From Botryllus schlosseri (Eukaryota), in assembly GCA_051294905.1 (NCBI GenBank), contig CM119372.1, positions 8,000,001 through 8,064,000 of the forward strand: a DNA stretch of 64,000 nucleotides, written 5' to 3'. The notes below the pieces were generated by a model, which saw only the letters and a program-made list of their open reading frames with translations, made no database searches and was not told where the DNA came from. This document shows positions 46,801-60,300 of the stretch, piece by piece (position 1 is the first letter of the stretch; each line of letters opens with the position of its first letter). The position numbers and the translations under genes were made by a program.

Positions 46801-49800
46801 TTCACTACGGGCTGTGTCATTCATTGGATTTGCTATAGCTGATTTGAACATTGAAACCTTTGTCTGAATATATCATTTTTTTCTGTCAGATTCCACATCC
46901 ATTTCTACATCTTTGCGTTCCTGCTCGGGATTACATTCATAATAGCGCCGTTTTACCCGTCTTACGATTCCGCGTCGACTTCTACTCGCTCCAGAATCTC
47001 CGGGGCCGCTCTTCAAAAATGTCCGTCGTGCTCGCTGATGATTTGTTCCAGCTGCAGGTGGGTATTACTCCGTCGATTGGTTTCAATTATGTTTTTTTTG
47101 CCTATTGTAATATTTTGTCTATGATAATCGCCCGGCATCGTAAGTATAGCCTAATTTGTGCCCAATTTCTTGCCAGTTATTTGGTTAATCCTACGATTGA
47201 TCCAAGTGAGAGCGTCTCCACTCTCCAGTACTCTGCTGGATTGATTTATGAGGACCACGGCACTGTAGAAGGTCACTTCTCTGGGATATTGTTGAGAAGT
47301 TGTGTGTTCCAAACTATAAGTCGGACTGGAAGTACCAGTCTATAGGTAATATATTTCTGAAAATACTGTCACTAATTTGAATTTTTCAGTTGGAATATGT
47401 CACCAGTTTGATACCGAGAGTACCAGTTCCTTACTCGGCTGGATTTTTATGCTCATTAAATGGAGTTTATACCGAAGTTGGTTTAAAAATACTGTCGCTG
47501 ATTAGTATGTCACCGTTTGAAATCGGCAAATTATATTCTATTGGTATTGGCAATTACATCCCGATTCTCTTTTGCAGGCATTTCCTTCTCCTGATAACTG
47601 TTGTAATCGTCGGCATAACGCAAGCACCGATGCAAAACTTCATGTTCTGGATGGTTCAGGACATGGAGGGTTCCTCTGAACTGGTTTACGGAAGCTTCGT
47701 ATCCGGTACGGTATAACATTCGGAGATATCTTGACCGGCTGTCTTACGATTGTTGATGATTTTGCAGTTAACGCGATCTGCTCCATGGTTTCGAGCCTTG
47801 TAGGGAGAAAGATCATCAAAATAATGAAGCCTTGCAGCGCGGCGATGATGTCGTTGCTGTCAATTGCTGCGCAGCTGGTACTTTACGCTTTCTTGCCCAG
47901 TCCTTGGGTGATTTTGCCGCTGCAGCTTTTAAACATAACAGGTAACGATTCATGGTTTTCCTGTTTTCTTTCCGGAGGCTGTGTGTCGCGCGCACTTGTT
48001 ATCTCGCTTAGGCCTGTCGTGTCTTTGGAACATCGTGACTCACCACACCAGCACCACGATGTCATCGACGTACGAGGGATCGGAGAAGATAAGCAGCGTG
48101 CACGTGTTTGCCCGAGCTTCTCAGCAGAGAAGCCTTCACGCGACTTACGTCAGCGTGTATCAGGTAGAAATTTAGTCCCTTTCGCTAGCGGAGTCTTTAT
48201 CGTGATTATCTGGGGTCTAGCATAATCAGTGTGATTTTATGGTTAGTCGATGCTCATTAACGAGAAATGGAATCGCGTTATCCACACCTCCTCCTGGAAA
48301 ATGCTTGTAAATCTATACTAACGATGCCAACGGCCTGGAAATTACTTGTAATCTCGTTGATTTTGTGGCAGTGATTGATATATATTTCAATATTAATATT
48401 TTATTCAATAGGCCTAGCATATTAAAGTTCTATACCTTCAAGAGTTATGAAATCGGATATCGATTGACACAGAGTCACTCGCCGGGGATGCATTATTCAG
48501 TGCCGACTCACCGAATTTCGTGTTCCTTATAAAATGAACGATACCTCGTGATGTTCTCGGGAATGCTGACTTTTCTCAACTCTTAAGAGTATGATGTATC
48601 CTGTTTCGCCGTCCTATTACGTTAAGCGTGACGTGTCAATTTCGCGGTGTCACGCTTTTGAGGGTTTGTTGTAATTTGATGCGGCGTTTCTGTGAAATAT
48701 GCGGTTATTTCACTGGGTTTTCGTGTCCAATATTAAAAGAAGCCTGTTGTCCTCGTTTCACGCTGTTCTAATATCTATGGCGGACGTCAGAAGCTGTTGA
48801 AACTTCCAAGACGCATGTTCGCTTAATGTACACCTAAAATATTGTGGAAATGGTTTTACTGCGTAATGTTCAAATCCTTCTCGTTAGAGTTGGGAAATCC
48901 AGTACCGGTACCTGAATGATTCGTTTCCAAGTCAAGTATTCAAGTACCGTACCACTGATGATGATGTCATGACAGTATGAAACAAAATAATTTTTGACTT
49001 TGCGACCATGGCAACCATACCCACCATACTGTGTGCTGATCCATGAGCAAAGTAGCCTTACGCTAAATACATTGTATGGTGCGATAAACTAGCCGAAGTT
49101 TCCAGGCTCCCACGGTGAGAAGAAATTGTTGAAACTATGCTTCTCGTCGACGAAAAAACGCGTTAGCGCCAAGATCGTATAAATTTGTTGCTTGATAAAA
49201 ACACCTCTGTTCTCGAATCGTTTTAGGCCTACCTGTCCCTACTAATCGAACAATTCCTTGTACCCTAAATGCCAATTATATTCTATGTTAAACACGGGCT
49301 CTTAACTTGGGGTCCCTTGGTAGTCTGCATTCTAGTTCTAGTGGATGATATTCTGAGCGTGAAAGTGATTGATCGACCTTTGGTTTTTTCTAGTCAACGG
49401 GTAGATTTTCAGTCGACAACTAGACCAGATACGAGTCGCACGGAAGTCGTGTCCCTTTTTTTAGTCGTCAGCTTGCAAAATTTCAGGATCAGTGGGTCAA
49501 CGCAACTGGCAAAAACGGTTTAGGGGTTCTCGCTGGAAAAAATTTAAGAAACACTGCTGTAAAAGACTCGTGTACAAACGTTGGAGCCATATTTTTCGGT
49601 CCATTGAATTCTTTTATTCACTGGAAACACTATAATAACTCCGGCGTCCTGTACATTCCCTGGGACAATTTGAAGTCGCCTTGTATGATTTCGGTATTTC
49701 CAATCCCATGAAACAATGTCCGGCAAAACAGAGTTTACCTTGATCGGAATATTCCAATTCATAATACAACACGCCTTTCCCATCCCAAGGGTCTGGCTTT

Positions 49801-51616
49801 CGGCTTCGGGAGCATGATATCTGGATTTCTCTACGATTATCTGGACGGGAAAATGACCCCCGTGCTGGTCGGAGGCGGGATACTGGTGACGGCGTGGGGC
49901 TGCGTCTTTGTGATGTATCAATGCTGCTGCCTGCCGAGAAGACTGCAACGGAAATATTCCCATCTTCTGTCGGATTCGGACAGCGACGTCGATTTGAACG
50001 AGAGTCGGAAATTCGGCAGTGAGTATTTGTTTGTCGCAACGAGACTTGCGCAAACTAGGACTGCTCACTTTTCAAAACTCCGTAACTAGAAGAACTAGCA
50101 CTGACAAACTTTGAAAATCCGCAACTGATGGGCTGAAACACACCTAGCCAGGGTTTTAATGACTTGAGTCATGACTCGACTCGAGTCTGACTCAAGTCAC
50201 AATTTTCTGATGACTCGACTTGACTTGAGTCATTTTTTCAAGATACGAAATGACTCGACTCGAGTCAATCTGTTTATTGACTCGACTTGGACTCGAGTCA
50301 TTGCGTATGACTCGAACCAAGTCATATGACTCGAGACTCAGACGGCCAGGACAAACATTTCATTGCAACTTCGAAAAAGAGTAAAGTAACCACACTATTG
50401 GGATTTCGTCTATTGGTACTGGTACTTGGAAATGCGAAATTAGTATATTATAAATGCGAACCATTCGATATCACTAAACAAAGTTATTAAAAGTCGGTTT
50501 AACAAGACTTCAACTGGAAACTGATCAATCAGTCGGTGGTGAATTGAATTGAATTGAAAATGTCTCGATTTGACTCGAGTCAAAACTATGAAAGTAAGAT
50601 TGACTTGTGACTCGGAGCCTTGCGACTTGGTCACAACCCTGCAACTAGCTAGATTCAATTCCGAAGCAGCTCATTAATTTTTACTCTATCGTAATCTGGT
50701 CGGCTTTCAACATGAGCATTAGTACAAAATTACTGATGAACGAGACAGAATACCAAAATACAGAGTAAACTTAGTAAGTAGCGATGACTTTGAGCTATCA
50801 ATGGCCGCAAGAACATCACACAACAGAACACCGGTATCACGATTTACACCAGAAGACGACTCTTGGCACTCAATTAACTTCAAATGCGCAACTAGAACAA
50901 CTCACTTTTGAAAATCGGTAACTAGAACTACTCGAAAAACTAGTAGTTAGTTAGTAGAGAATTCAAAAAAACATTGTACATCCACAATCGTATCACAAAA
51001 TATGACATCACAAGCATGAAATGTCGAATACGAGAGCGTTCAATGTACTAATTTTAGATGATACTCAAACTCTTTTTGTTGACACAGCCTTGGCTGGTGT
51101 ATTTTGATAAAAAGTCGACTCCAAGGCACACTAATGAAAGGGCGAACGACCCTTTCCGAGCACGATTGTTGTGATGCGATTGTTGATATACGATGTTCTT
51201 TTGAATTCTCTACTAGTTGCTGACGATTACCCCTGACGAGTGTCAGCCGAAAATATTCGGGTTCATTTCAATATGAATACACTATTCAATTGTATATTGA
51301 AGTTCTGTACCTCCAAGAAGCTGTTTAATACACCACTAGAACTAGAACTACTCAATAACTGACCATCAACTTAGTAGATTGTTAGTTTGTGCAAGCCTGG
51401 CTGCACTATCTCTGACCAGCCAGTCATCCTTGTCCCGTTACAGAGAAATACAAGGAGAGGAACGGGAACTACTCTAGCGTGGACGATCAGGGCAAGACAA
51501 GAAGGGACAAGAAAAAGATACAGAGATTTCAGACCAATATCGACACGGACACTTCGGAATCGGACGAAAACGACTGGTTGAAGTCGAGTATGAAAAAAGA
51601 GTCTAGGATGCTGTAG
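37811..51616 (+). CDS. MFSD6L: Major facilitator superfamily domain-containing protein 6-like (11 coding exons, ~770 aa)
   Basis: Exons 37811-38034, 39923-40122, 40557-41143, 42790-42877, 44222-44411, 46890-47057, 47578-47705, 47768-47941, 48012-48163, 49790-50018, 51444-51616 (2313 nt, GT-AG, phases consistent). The N-terminal WDMKRSVFIASAFYFFYYGGKACLFPFLTLYFRQLGL, the many hydrophobic segments, the KYSHLL motif and the C-terminal ENDWLKSSMKKE resemble MFSD6L-type proteins. Confidence 0.88.
41285..42219. mobile_element. hAT MITE with GACTCGAGTC/AAGTC subterminal repeats
   Basis: CAGTGTTGGGAT...ATCCCAACACTG with perfect TSD CTGTCCAG. Confidence 0.9.
45683..46770. mobile_element. hAT MITE (GGCCCGCGG subterminal motif)
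   Basis: CAGGCCTGGGC...GCACACCCCTG with perfect TSD CTCTATAT. Confidence 0.8.
50040..51400. mobile_element. MITE with AACTAGAACT repeats in the last MFSD6L intron, containing a nested GACTCGAGTC-family MITE (50149-50641)
   Basis: Ends GACTTGCGCAAACTA / TAGTTTGTGCAAGCC. The inner element CAGGGTT...AACCCTG has TSD CACCTAGC/CAACTAGC. A further inverted pair lies at ~50952-51215. Confidence 0.65.
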
Positions 51617-53420
51617 GGGTTTGTGTTTTAGGATTTGCGCTCATTGAAATTTCGTGAGCCCCCGAAATTTTCACCCTTAACCCCTTTTTTATACACACCG
51701 CCTTTATTTTTAGTAATTGCTCGCCGTGTGAGCATTTCCATGGGGAAATTACGGGCTATATATCGAAAAGCTACAGGCATGCGTTCGATTCTGACTTGGC
51801 AATTAAGGTATATAAAGCTTTGGTGAAAGGTGGAAGCAGTGGTCACCCGATGTTTTTTGTTGGTGTATTCTAGTTATTAGAAATGCTACTACTGTTTGAA
51901 AGTATGTGGTGAGGTTTCGTTTACAATATCCTGTAATTTCGACGTCAGTGCTGTATCAAAACTCGTTACTTTTACAATTGCCTTTCGCGATTATGTGGAA
52001 TCTGCGCTGCAGTAGTCTCGTTTTTTTTAGTAGCGTTTATTTAAATTGTGCAGTATCGATCGTTACATCATCAATGCTCTGAAAGTGCCTTGTTGTATGA
52101 GCCAGTTTTTGTAGAAGAGTCTTTGCCGTAATTGCGAGGACTGTTTCAGAACGCATTGAAAACTCTTCGAGATTAATGTTTTACGAACATCTTAAAACTG
52201 TTGATTTGTTAGCCTACATTGTGAGTAGTGACCCAATGATTTTACCCGTCCACATTCTGACCGACTACCTATGCATAATTAAGGAATGGACCTGAACGAC
52301 GCGAGACTTTCCGGCGAGCATATCGTCGCGGTAGTATCGAAGTAGCTTCTGTCCAGTTTTCAAATTTTGAAGGTCCATTTTTAAAACTTCTTGGCCGTGG
52401 TTATGTGTGTCTCATTGTTTCAATGTAAATCGGGGCCAATAGATGGCTGAAAGAAGATGAAAACTTTACTTAAACTTAATTTTCTCAATATGTGCAAAAT
52501 GGACTTAAGCTGCTTTGATACCACTGCGATGCACGTAAATTGGTTAAAAGTATATAAAAGATCGGTAAAAAATCCTTTTGGATTTAATATACACGGAATT
52601 GCGTTCTTTGAAATTTAATCGATAAAACGGCCATTCCAAACTGTAAAATAGTTGTCCGTGTCACGATATATTGACCGATCATTCCGTGCCAAATTCATTC
52701 CTTCGTCAGTCGTTTCCGCCATCACCTTTTCGTCTGAAATTCGGGTTGCTGCAATATCCGCTTCAATATGTTGTGTGGGATCCGTGCAAAATTTGTTACT
52801 CATCCACCGTTATCCATACTGTACGAAACAGGGCCGATGCATCAAATCATTCTTCAAGATATCTTTAATTTTATTTCCAAGTTACTTCAATTGATAGCAA
52901 TATTTAAGCAGATTATGTCGAATTTATGTATTTTGTGTGTAAGATTGTCTTCCGAAACATAGATCCGGTAGATTACTTTCCTTTACGATAAATATACTGT
53001 ATTATATCAATGGTATCAATCTAAGAGAGTGTTTGCACGTAAATAAGTGTTGCCGTGACCAGACTTGAGGTGATCTCGTTACAATTTTGTGTCTTGTGAC
53101 TGTTCCGTTTCAATGAGATTAGATCAAACTACTTCTTTTCTGACAATTCGAGACTGTGTCATCTTTGAACTGATAAATTTTTCGACCACATAGCGTCCCG
53201 TCTATGGAAGTGTTTTTTTCTTCGTTTTTTTCATCCGAGTGCGTGTCTGAATAACTTTGCACATTCCTTTATCGGGTCGGTGATTGACGACCGTGAAGTT
53301 TATGTTTGTATATTAGCGAGTTGTGGTTGTCGGGTGCTTGAAAGATTATGTTGATAGACAACATATGTGATATATTTATAGTGTTATCTGTGCTTGGTCC
53401 ATCGTGTTAGTGTTTATTTG

Positions 53421-53426
53421 AATAAA
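53421..53426 (+). terminator. Candidate polyadenylation signal of MFSD6L
   Basis: AATAAA after a long T/GT-rich, TE-free 3'UTR-like stretch (51617-53430). The convergent kinesin gene has a minus-strand AATAAA near 53986. Confidence 0.4.
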
Positions 53427-54313
53427 TACATGCAGAATTAAGGGCAGTGTGGAAAAGATGTGTATATGTTGTGCAGGCAGGCTCTGTTTGTGGAGTGGAC
53501 AACAATTGTTAATGACCAACGTAGTCTCGCGCAAATTTGTGTCACAGCTGAAATTATAATAAAGTTTCTACTTGTAAATTGCTCTGACAATAATGTAGCT
53601 GAGTTGATTAGGATCCTTCCCTGGATACCCAACAGACACACAAGGATGTTGATTGTGTGTAATTAGTGAGGTTCTGCATTATAGAAGATCCCAGAAGTGG
53701 TTTGACTTGATAAGCCTTCCGGCAGTTTCAAATTTAACCCATCGTTGTAGTTTTATTGGCATCTGAAAATGACAGCAGATGTATCGCCGTCGAATGTGAT
53801 CTCTTATTTACGATATTCCAAACCTGTAGACATTTGTTTGACAATAACTACACTATGGTACGAATGTTCTGTTCATTCATGTTGCTGCTCCAACGAATCG
53901 AATTTGCTAAGTGTGATAACAAAACTCCAATGCCCAAGATCGCAACATTGCGGTAAAGAAATAGGCCTTCCGTTACTCTAAAACATTTATTTGTGTTTTC
54001 AGTAATGAAGGCCTGTAAGAGCACACCACTCGACCTGAGGCGATGAACAGTAATCAATAATTATGGCAAAAATTGAAGGCAATTTTTTCAATAATAGACA
54101 GCATGCTCGTGTTACTTACGGAAAGAAAGTGGTATATGTACTCCAATTGAGACGGGAGATAGTGGCTGACACGCTACGTTTTAGTTTCAAGATTAGAAAC
54201 CATATGTAATACTGATGAAGGACAGTGCAAGTCAAGAAATATGTGAACTAACTAAAAAAATACTATGCATAGAGAACCACGAAAAGGTAAAATTGTACAA
54301 AACACCAGATGCT

Positions 54314-57300
54314 CTACATAATGACGCAAGCCTTGGATGGCTTGTTTTCGCCTATTTTTTCTTCGATCTGCTTGATTTCTGTTGACGGTAGATCCCTCCC
54401 AGTCTGCAAAATACTGGCGAGCCGTTCCCTCTAAAACAGTAAGTAGTACACTTGTGAAACCTAGGAATAGGGGAAAGTAACCTGCATGGCTACTCACCAA
54501 TATAGTTTCTTTCTTCAACCGTTTAGCTTCATTAACCACAGCTGTCACTAGCGCCTAGGACACACAGAAGGATTAAAGTACATGGACTAGATCACAGACG
54601 ACAAGACTTACCATTTTGCTGTTAACCGATTCACCGCCTTGAAAGCCTACGGATGTGCGGGTGGTTGAGGCCTCTTTCTGGAATGCAAAATACATAATTC
54701 AATGACCAATCAAGTGATTTCGCCAGCATTGCTTAGATTCCTAAGAACAAAACAGGTGAAAAATTGAAGCTGTGACTAATACACAACAATAAGAAACTTC
54801 ACACTATATGTTTTGAATTTAAGCAATCTGTAGGTTAAAACCAGGGTCCGACTCAAGTTGCGATTTTTTGATGACTCGAGCCATTTTCTTCAAATACGGA
54901 AAATGAAGCAGCCAAGTCATAAAACTCAATACTCGGATGGCCAAGACAGGCATATCAATGTATAACTTCGAAGAATAGTAAACTTACTACGTTATTCATA
55001 TTTCGTCTATCAGTACTGCTACGGTACTTAAGATTGATGAAATTAATATATTAGGAATGCGAGGCTGCAAAACTTGACCTGAACTCGAAACTGAACAGTG
55101 AATACAATGACTCGGACTCGAGTCTCAACATTATGACTGAGACTCGACCCACTCCTCGATTTGACTCAGTGGTGAATTGAAAATTGTCTTGACTCGAGTC
55201 AAAACAATCAAAGTGAGATTGACTTGTGACTCGGTCAGAATCATGGTTAAACCATAACAATTCATTCGCTTATTATTATTTTCGTCAATTAAAAAATATA
55301 GCACATTCAAGCACAATACTAGTTTGCAATTAAGATTAGTGGACCAGAATGTCAAATCAATCAATCAGGTTTATTAATATTTTCATTGTTTCAAAAACAT
55401 CACAAGACTGCGATACAATGAAAAGATAATATATTTTCGCCTGCACCATCGAGATGCTTTGACGATGGAGATGCAATACGACCCTTAAGCAAAGTCATCT
55501 AGTCTGCCATCACCATTACACTATCTCGCTCGGGCGTGTGTGCCTCTTATATGCTCATTCTGTCATTAATATTAGTAGGCAAAGGTGAGTATTTGACGAA
55601 AAGACTACTTCCCATCTCTTCGTTGTATCGCAATTTTGTGGCGTTTCGAATTGAAGAAATTATTAATAATCTGAACTGAACTGAATGAGATTGTGATACA
55701 ACGAAAAGATGGGAAGGAGTCGGATCGACTTGGTGAAGTCAATCCATCAAACTCACACCTCGGCCTTGGAATACTTCAACAACAAATCACTTACGTCTTT
55801 AGCTGCTCTCAGCCTGTTCACCTCGGCCCGCAAGCTTTGAATTTGAACTTCTTTTTGCCTCAGTGCTTTTTCGGTCTCCGGATTAACGACGGCGGCAGTT
55901 TTCTTCTCCGTCCCTTTCTTTGTTTGCGTATCTGCCTTTCGGCTGCCGGCCGCGCCTTTATCGAAACTGTATCGCAACTTATCTTCGTCCAACCCTGCCA
56001 ATTGTTTGGTGGTCATGTTGGCGAGAGAAGAATCAAGATTCTGTAAAACAACATATCGTTGATCAGGCGTTATTGCAAAAGAGCAGGGATGGGAGAACAA
56101 CAAATTGGATTCACACGAGTGTTAGTTGAAAGGATTCAAGTATCGACAGCTACTACTTTTGTAAGCTTTCAAATACCGAGCCTCCACAAACAGGACTCAT
56201 TTATGGAGTGAGGATCATAATGTCTTGCAGAGACGGTCCAACTAGAAGTATAAGATATAAGGTGGCTACCTTCGAAAATTGCAGGGTGCACATTCGTGAA
56301 TAACGCCAAATGACAATTGATACAGCGAACCGGTGCGATTTTTAAAGGTATATTCAGTTACTGTGAAGCTGTTTCACGCAGTTCTTATGGCAATTTCACT
56401 CAAAAAACTGACGAAAACTTATCCCAAACAGGCTTGATGCATAAATAAAAAGCGTAGGAAGTATGCAACTATCTTATTTCAATGTCAGTTTAATAGAATC
56501 ATCTGAGTTGAACACTATAAAAAAAATTCTTCACATCAACTTACGCCTGGCTTTTGCCTGCCCCACACTTGTATTATCAACGCAGCATCCAGCAAGTCAT
56601 TCAGGAGCTGAAATACAAAATATATATCCATTGACCATAAATCATAAAAGGTGACTAATGGTTACACGTCTCCTAGTAAAATGACAGGACAATGCCGGAA
56701 CAATTTTGTTTGAACCTATTTCCAATGTCATGATACTTTGACAGAAGTGACTGGTAACAGAATATTATGGTATTTAGTCTGTTGGTGCTATGCAGTGTGC
56801 AGCATATGACAGATCCAAAGTGCCCGGTAGAAAGGGCTGTGGTGGAAATAAGCTAATTAAGATATCTGATCATGTCAGCGGTTCTTAACCTAGAGTCCAT
56901 GGAACCCTTGGGGGTCAGCGGACAAGTTTCAAGGGCTCCATGAAAGGTCTATCTCAAAGGTCAAACTACAACTAGAAAGCTACATTATTCTTCATAAGAT
57001 ATGTCCTTATTTTCAACTTATGTCTATATTACGCAAAAGCTACGACTGTTATTTTAGTCACCGGGTAGCTTTTTAGGCTACACAACTGGGCCAGATGGCC
57101 AAATGAGGTCTCGATAACGACTTCGGTGGGTTCTTATGGGTTCCACGCAACGATGCAAAAAAATTTAGGGGTTTGCTCTAGAAAAAAGGTTAAGAAACAG
57201 AGGACTATTCTATCACGTGAGCGTAGTTAACTCTACATTCTAGATTTCTTACTGTTTTCGTAACAGGATTGAGGGGGAAGGTCTTCTCAAAGTCGATCAG

Positions 57301-60300
57301 TGGATTTCCCGACGACAATTCTATCACTTCGCTTGTGTTCCAATCGTTGGACTGATGCATTTTATACCTACACCAAACCTGAATTGAAGGAAGATCATAA
57401 GATTGTAAGTCGTCAGATAAGGAATTTCAGGAGAATAAATCTGAAAATACGTGGATCATAAAAGAATGCAACGGTATTATTTCCCAAAATAAACATACCG
57501 CACCGGTACCCAAATATTGTGAAATTGTCCGGGAAATGAATCGGAATCTGGGCGGTCACCCAACTGGGCAAGTAGTCCTTAACCCAGCGTTGGGATCAAG
57601 CCGCTACCTTTGAGTCACAAGTCCTCTGGAGTCATTGCACATTTTGACTCGAGTCAATTCAAGTCAATTGATTTTCGATGGTGACTCGAGTCAAGTCAAG
57701 TCACGTGTCAAGTCACCAGTCGAGTCAAGTTGAAATTTTAAAGTACGAGGCATGGTCCAAAGTCATTGCATATTGCTGGCTGTTTTAAATGCAGATTGAG
57801 CCCGCATATATTATGAATCGAGGAAAGAATATAGAATTAAATATACACGTAAAAAGGCGTTGTACCGTTCACACACAACGGAGTACTCCTACTTTTTCAG
57901 AGTAATCGAATAGGGGTTTTGCCCATTTGCACTGCTCAAGTGGTTGCGGTTTCAGACTACTTCCAGTCGAGTCATTTTCAATTCACCACCGAGTCGAGTC
58001 CAAGTCAGCTAGCAGAGGGTCGAGTCCGAGTCATAGTGTTTTGACTCGAGTCCGAGTCATTATCACTGTTCAGTTTTCATTTCGATCCAGTTCAACCCAC
58101 TTTTTTCAAGTCTGCTCGAGTGATATAGAATGGCTCGAATCCATAATATAGTAATTTTCCTCAGTCTCGACAGTTTCTAACCCAATTTTCCAAGTATCAG
58201 GACTGATAGATGAAATACCAATAATGTGGTAACTTTACTATTCTGCAAAGTTGCACTGAAATGTCTGTCTTGGCCGTCCTAGTCTCGAGTCAATGACTTG
58301 GTTCGAGTCATGCACAATGACTCGAGTACAAGTCGAGTCGATACAAAAATTGACACAAGTCGAGTCATTTTACGCATTTGAAGAAATGACTCGAGTCAAG
58401 TTGAGTCACCATAAAATCGAGTCATTACAACACTGTGTATCGCTCACACATACTTAGAACCGTAGTTTTGACATGTCATGGAAATCTACTTGAAATTGAG
58501 TGGAAATTTACGGAATTACTTCAACTTCTAACCCTGAACGTGATGTGACACAAAGTTTGGATAAAACGGGCGTGGCGTACGCCAGAATTAAAACAGATCT
58601 CAAAGCAATTACTTACATGAGAAAATTTCCTGTTCAATCCAAGGAGTTGTTCGATGCGAATTTTGAGGCACAACGACCTTCCTAGTAACTCATTTGGGTC
58701 GTCTATAAATTCGTCGTCCGTAAATGGCCCGCCGTTTGCGTGGCACGGCAGGATGTTGATCTGAAAGCGAGCAAGGCTAATCAACTACTGATCACAACCC
58801 ATTTCAAATTTGTTGGGTCTGATGCTGGAATCAAGATGCAAATACGCTTGACAGAGATGCACTGATTAACAAGTCAAATTCCAGATTTTAGAACGCAAAT
58901 CAAAAGTCTGAAAGCGTAGGGTAGAGTGGGGTAAAACGCCCCACCCCTTAAAGTCCAGTAACTATGGATTGCGTAGCCGTTTATGGGTTCATCAATGATG
59001 TCTTCTCGGGGAACGCCATTTCTATCAAAATTGCGATTCAGCTGGAGAATATAGGATGTCCCTCTGACTAAACAAGATACATTTCAAGAACTTCCGACTT
59101 TGTTTATGACTTATCATAATCAGTTGGTGTTTCTGGATGAAATTTGTTTTCAAAAGATCCGGTACGCCATAATGAGGTGGAGAAGCATGTATAGGTCTGT
59201 ATAGGGATTACATAATTATCATTTACCGAGTGGCATGCGGTATTTAGTAGTGTATAACGGGGTAAAAAGCCAATGGAGGCGTTTTGCCCCACCCATGCAG
59301 CAAAACGTCAAATTGATGGACATAGATTAATGATAATTTTACACATGATAATTTATACTTGCACTTTCCAGACGATAGGGGTAGAATGGGGACGATATCT
59401 CGCGCGCGAATTCCGAAATTCAATCTGTTTCGACTAGTTTGGTGGATATTATGACGTTTCCCGCTTAGGGTAGGCGTGTTGCCCCATTCTACCCTATCGT
59501 ACAACTTGGATTCATTCAAAATTCCAAGGACCTTGTAAATGATTACAAATTCCGTTTCCAAAATTAATTTAGCTGAGTCAAATTAGATCTGAATAAGGTC
59601 ATAATCCAAAGTCATGCTCTGGTTATCAGTAGCAAGGTTAATTTTAGTTCGTAGCATCCTCAACTTGTGGTACAGTCAGTGTCATTTTCCTAAGAGCTAG
59701 CCAATCAATCGACGGTGCTAGTATTTTTATGTGCCACACAATGTGCAATGCAATGCAGTGGACAGTTTGGAGGAGTTACGGAACTATCAAGTAAGGCAGT
59801 GGTGGGCAATTATTTTTACCGACGGGCCAAATGTGAAGCAGAAAATACGTTGGTGGGTCGACACAAAACTTTAGACTATGGTCTGCTGTGTCCAGTTTTA
59901 TTTCGCAATTGAAAGCAGTGGATTACATTGGCCCGCAGGCCGCACAATTCCCAGGCCTGAAGTAAGGTCTATCAAGAGCGAGTATGTATTCATACTATTT
60001 TATGATAGCCCCCATATAATGATTTCATTTCTTATTGCTTTCCAATACGAAATAAGAATTCTCACTGTAAACAACATTTTACAACTTACTCAATGAATAC
60101 CAACTACAGCTTGTCGATACCGACAATACAGATACCGGTCCGACCATCATAAGCTTTGTTCGTACCCTATAAAAATATCCACCTGTACATCACTTACACA
60201 AGTCACATCAATCAACATAGATATTATCGCCCGAGAAATGTAGCTGAGCATGACATACCTTCATCTTACATTCTTCTTTCGAAGTAGAACTGGTCACAGG

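Noticed and set aside
50019..50089. MFSD6L C-terminus as given by ORF 49814-50089
   Set aside because: A strong donor A|GTGAGT lies at 50018, the read-through runs into a MITE, and exon 51444-51616 supplies the conserved-looking DWL tail.
57499..57547. Extra kinesin exon (IPIHFPDNFTIFGYRC)
   Set aside because: It is 49 nt and phase-incompatible; the flanking exons join in frame without it.
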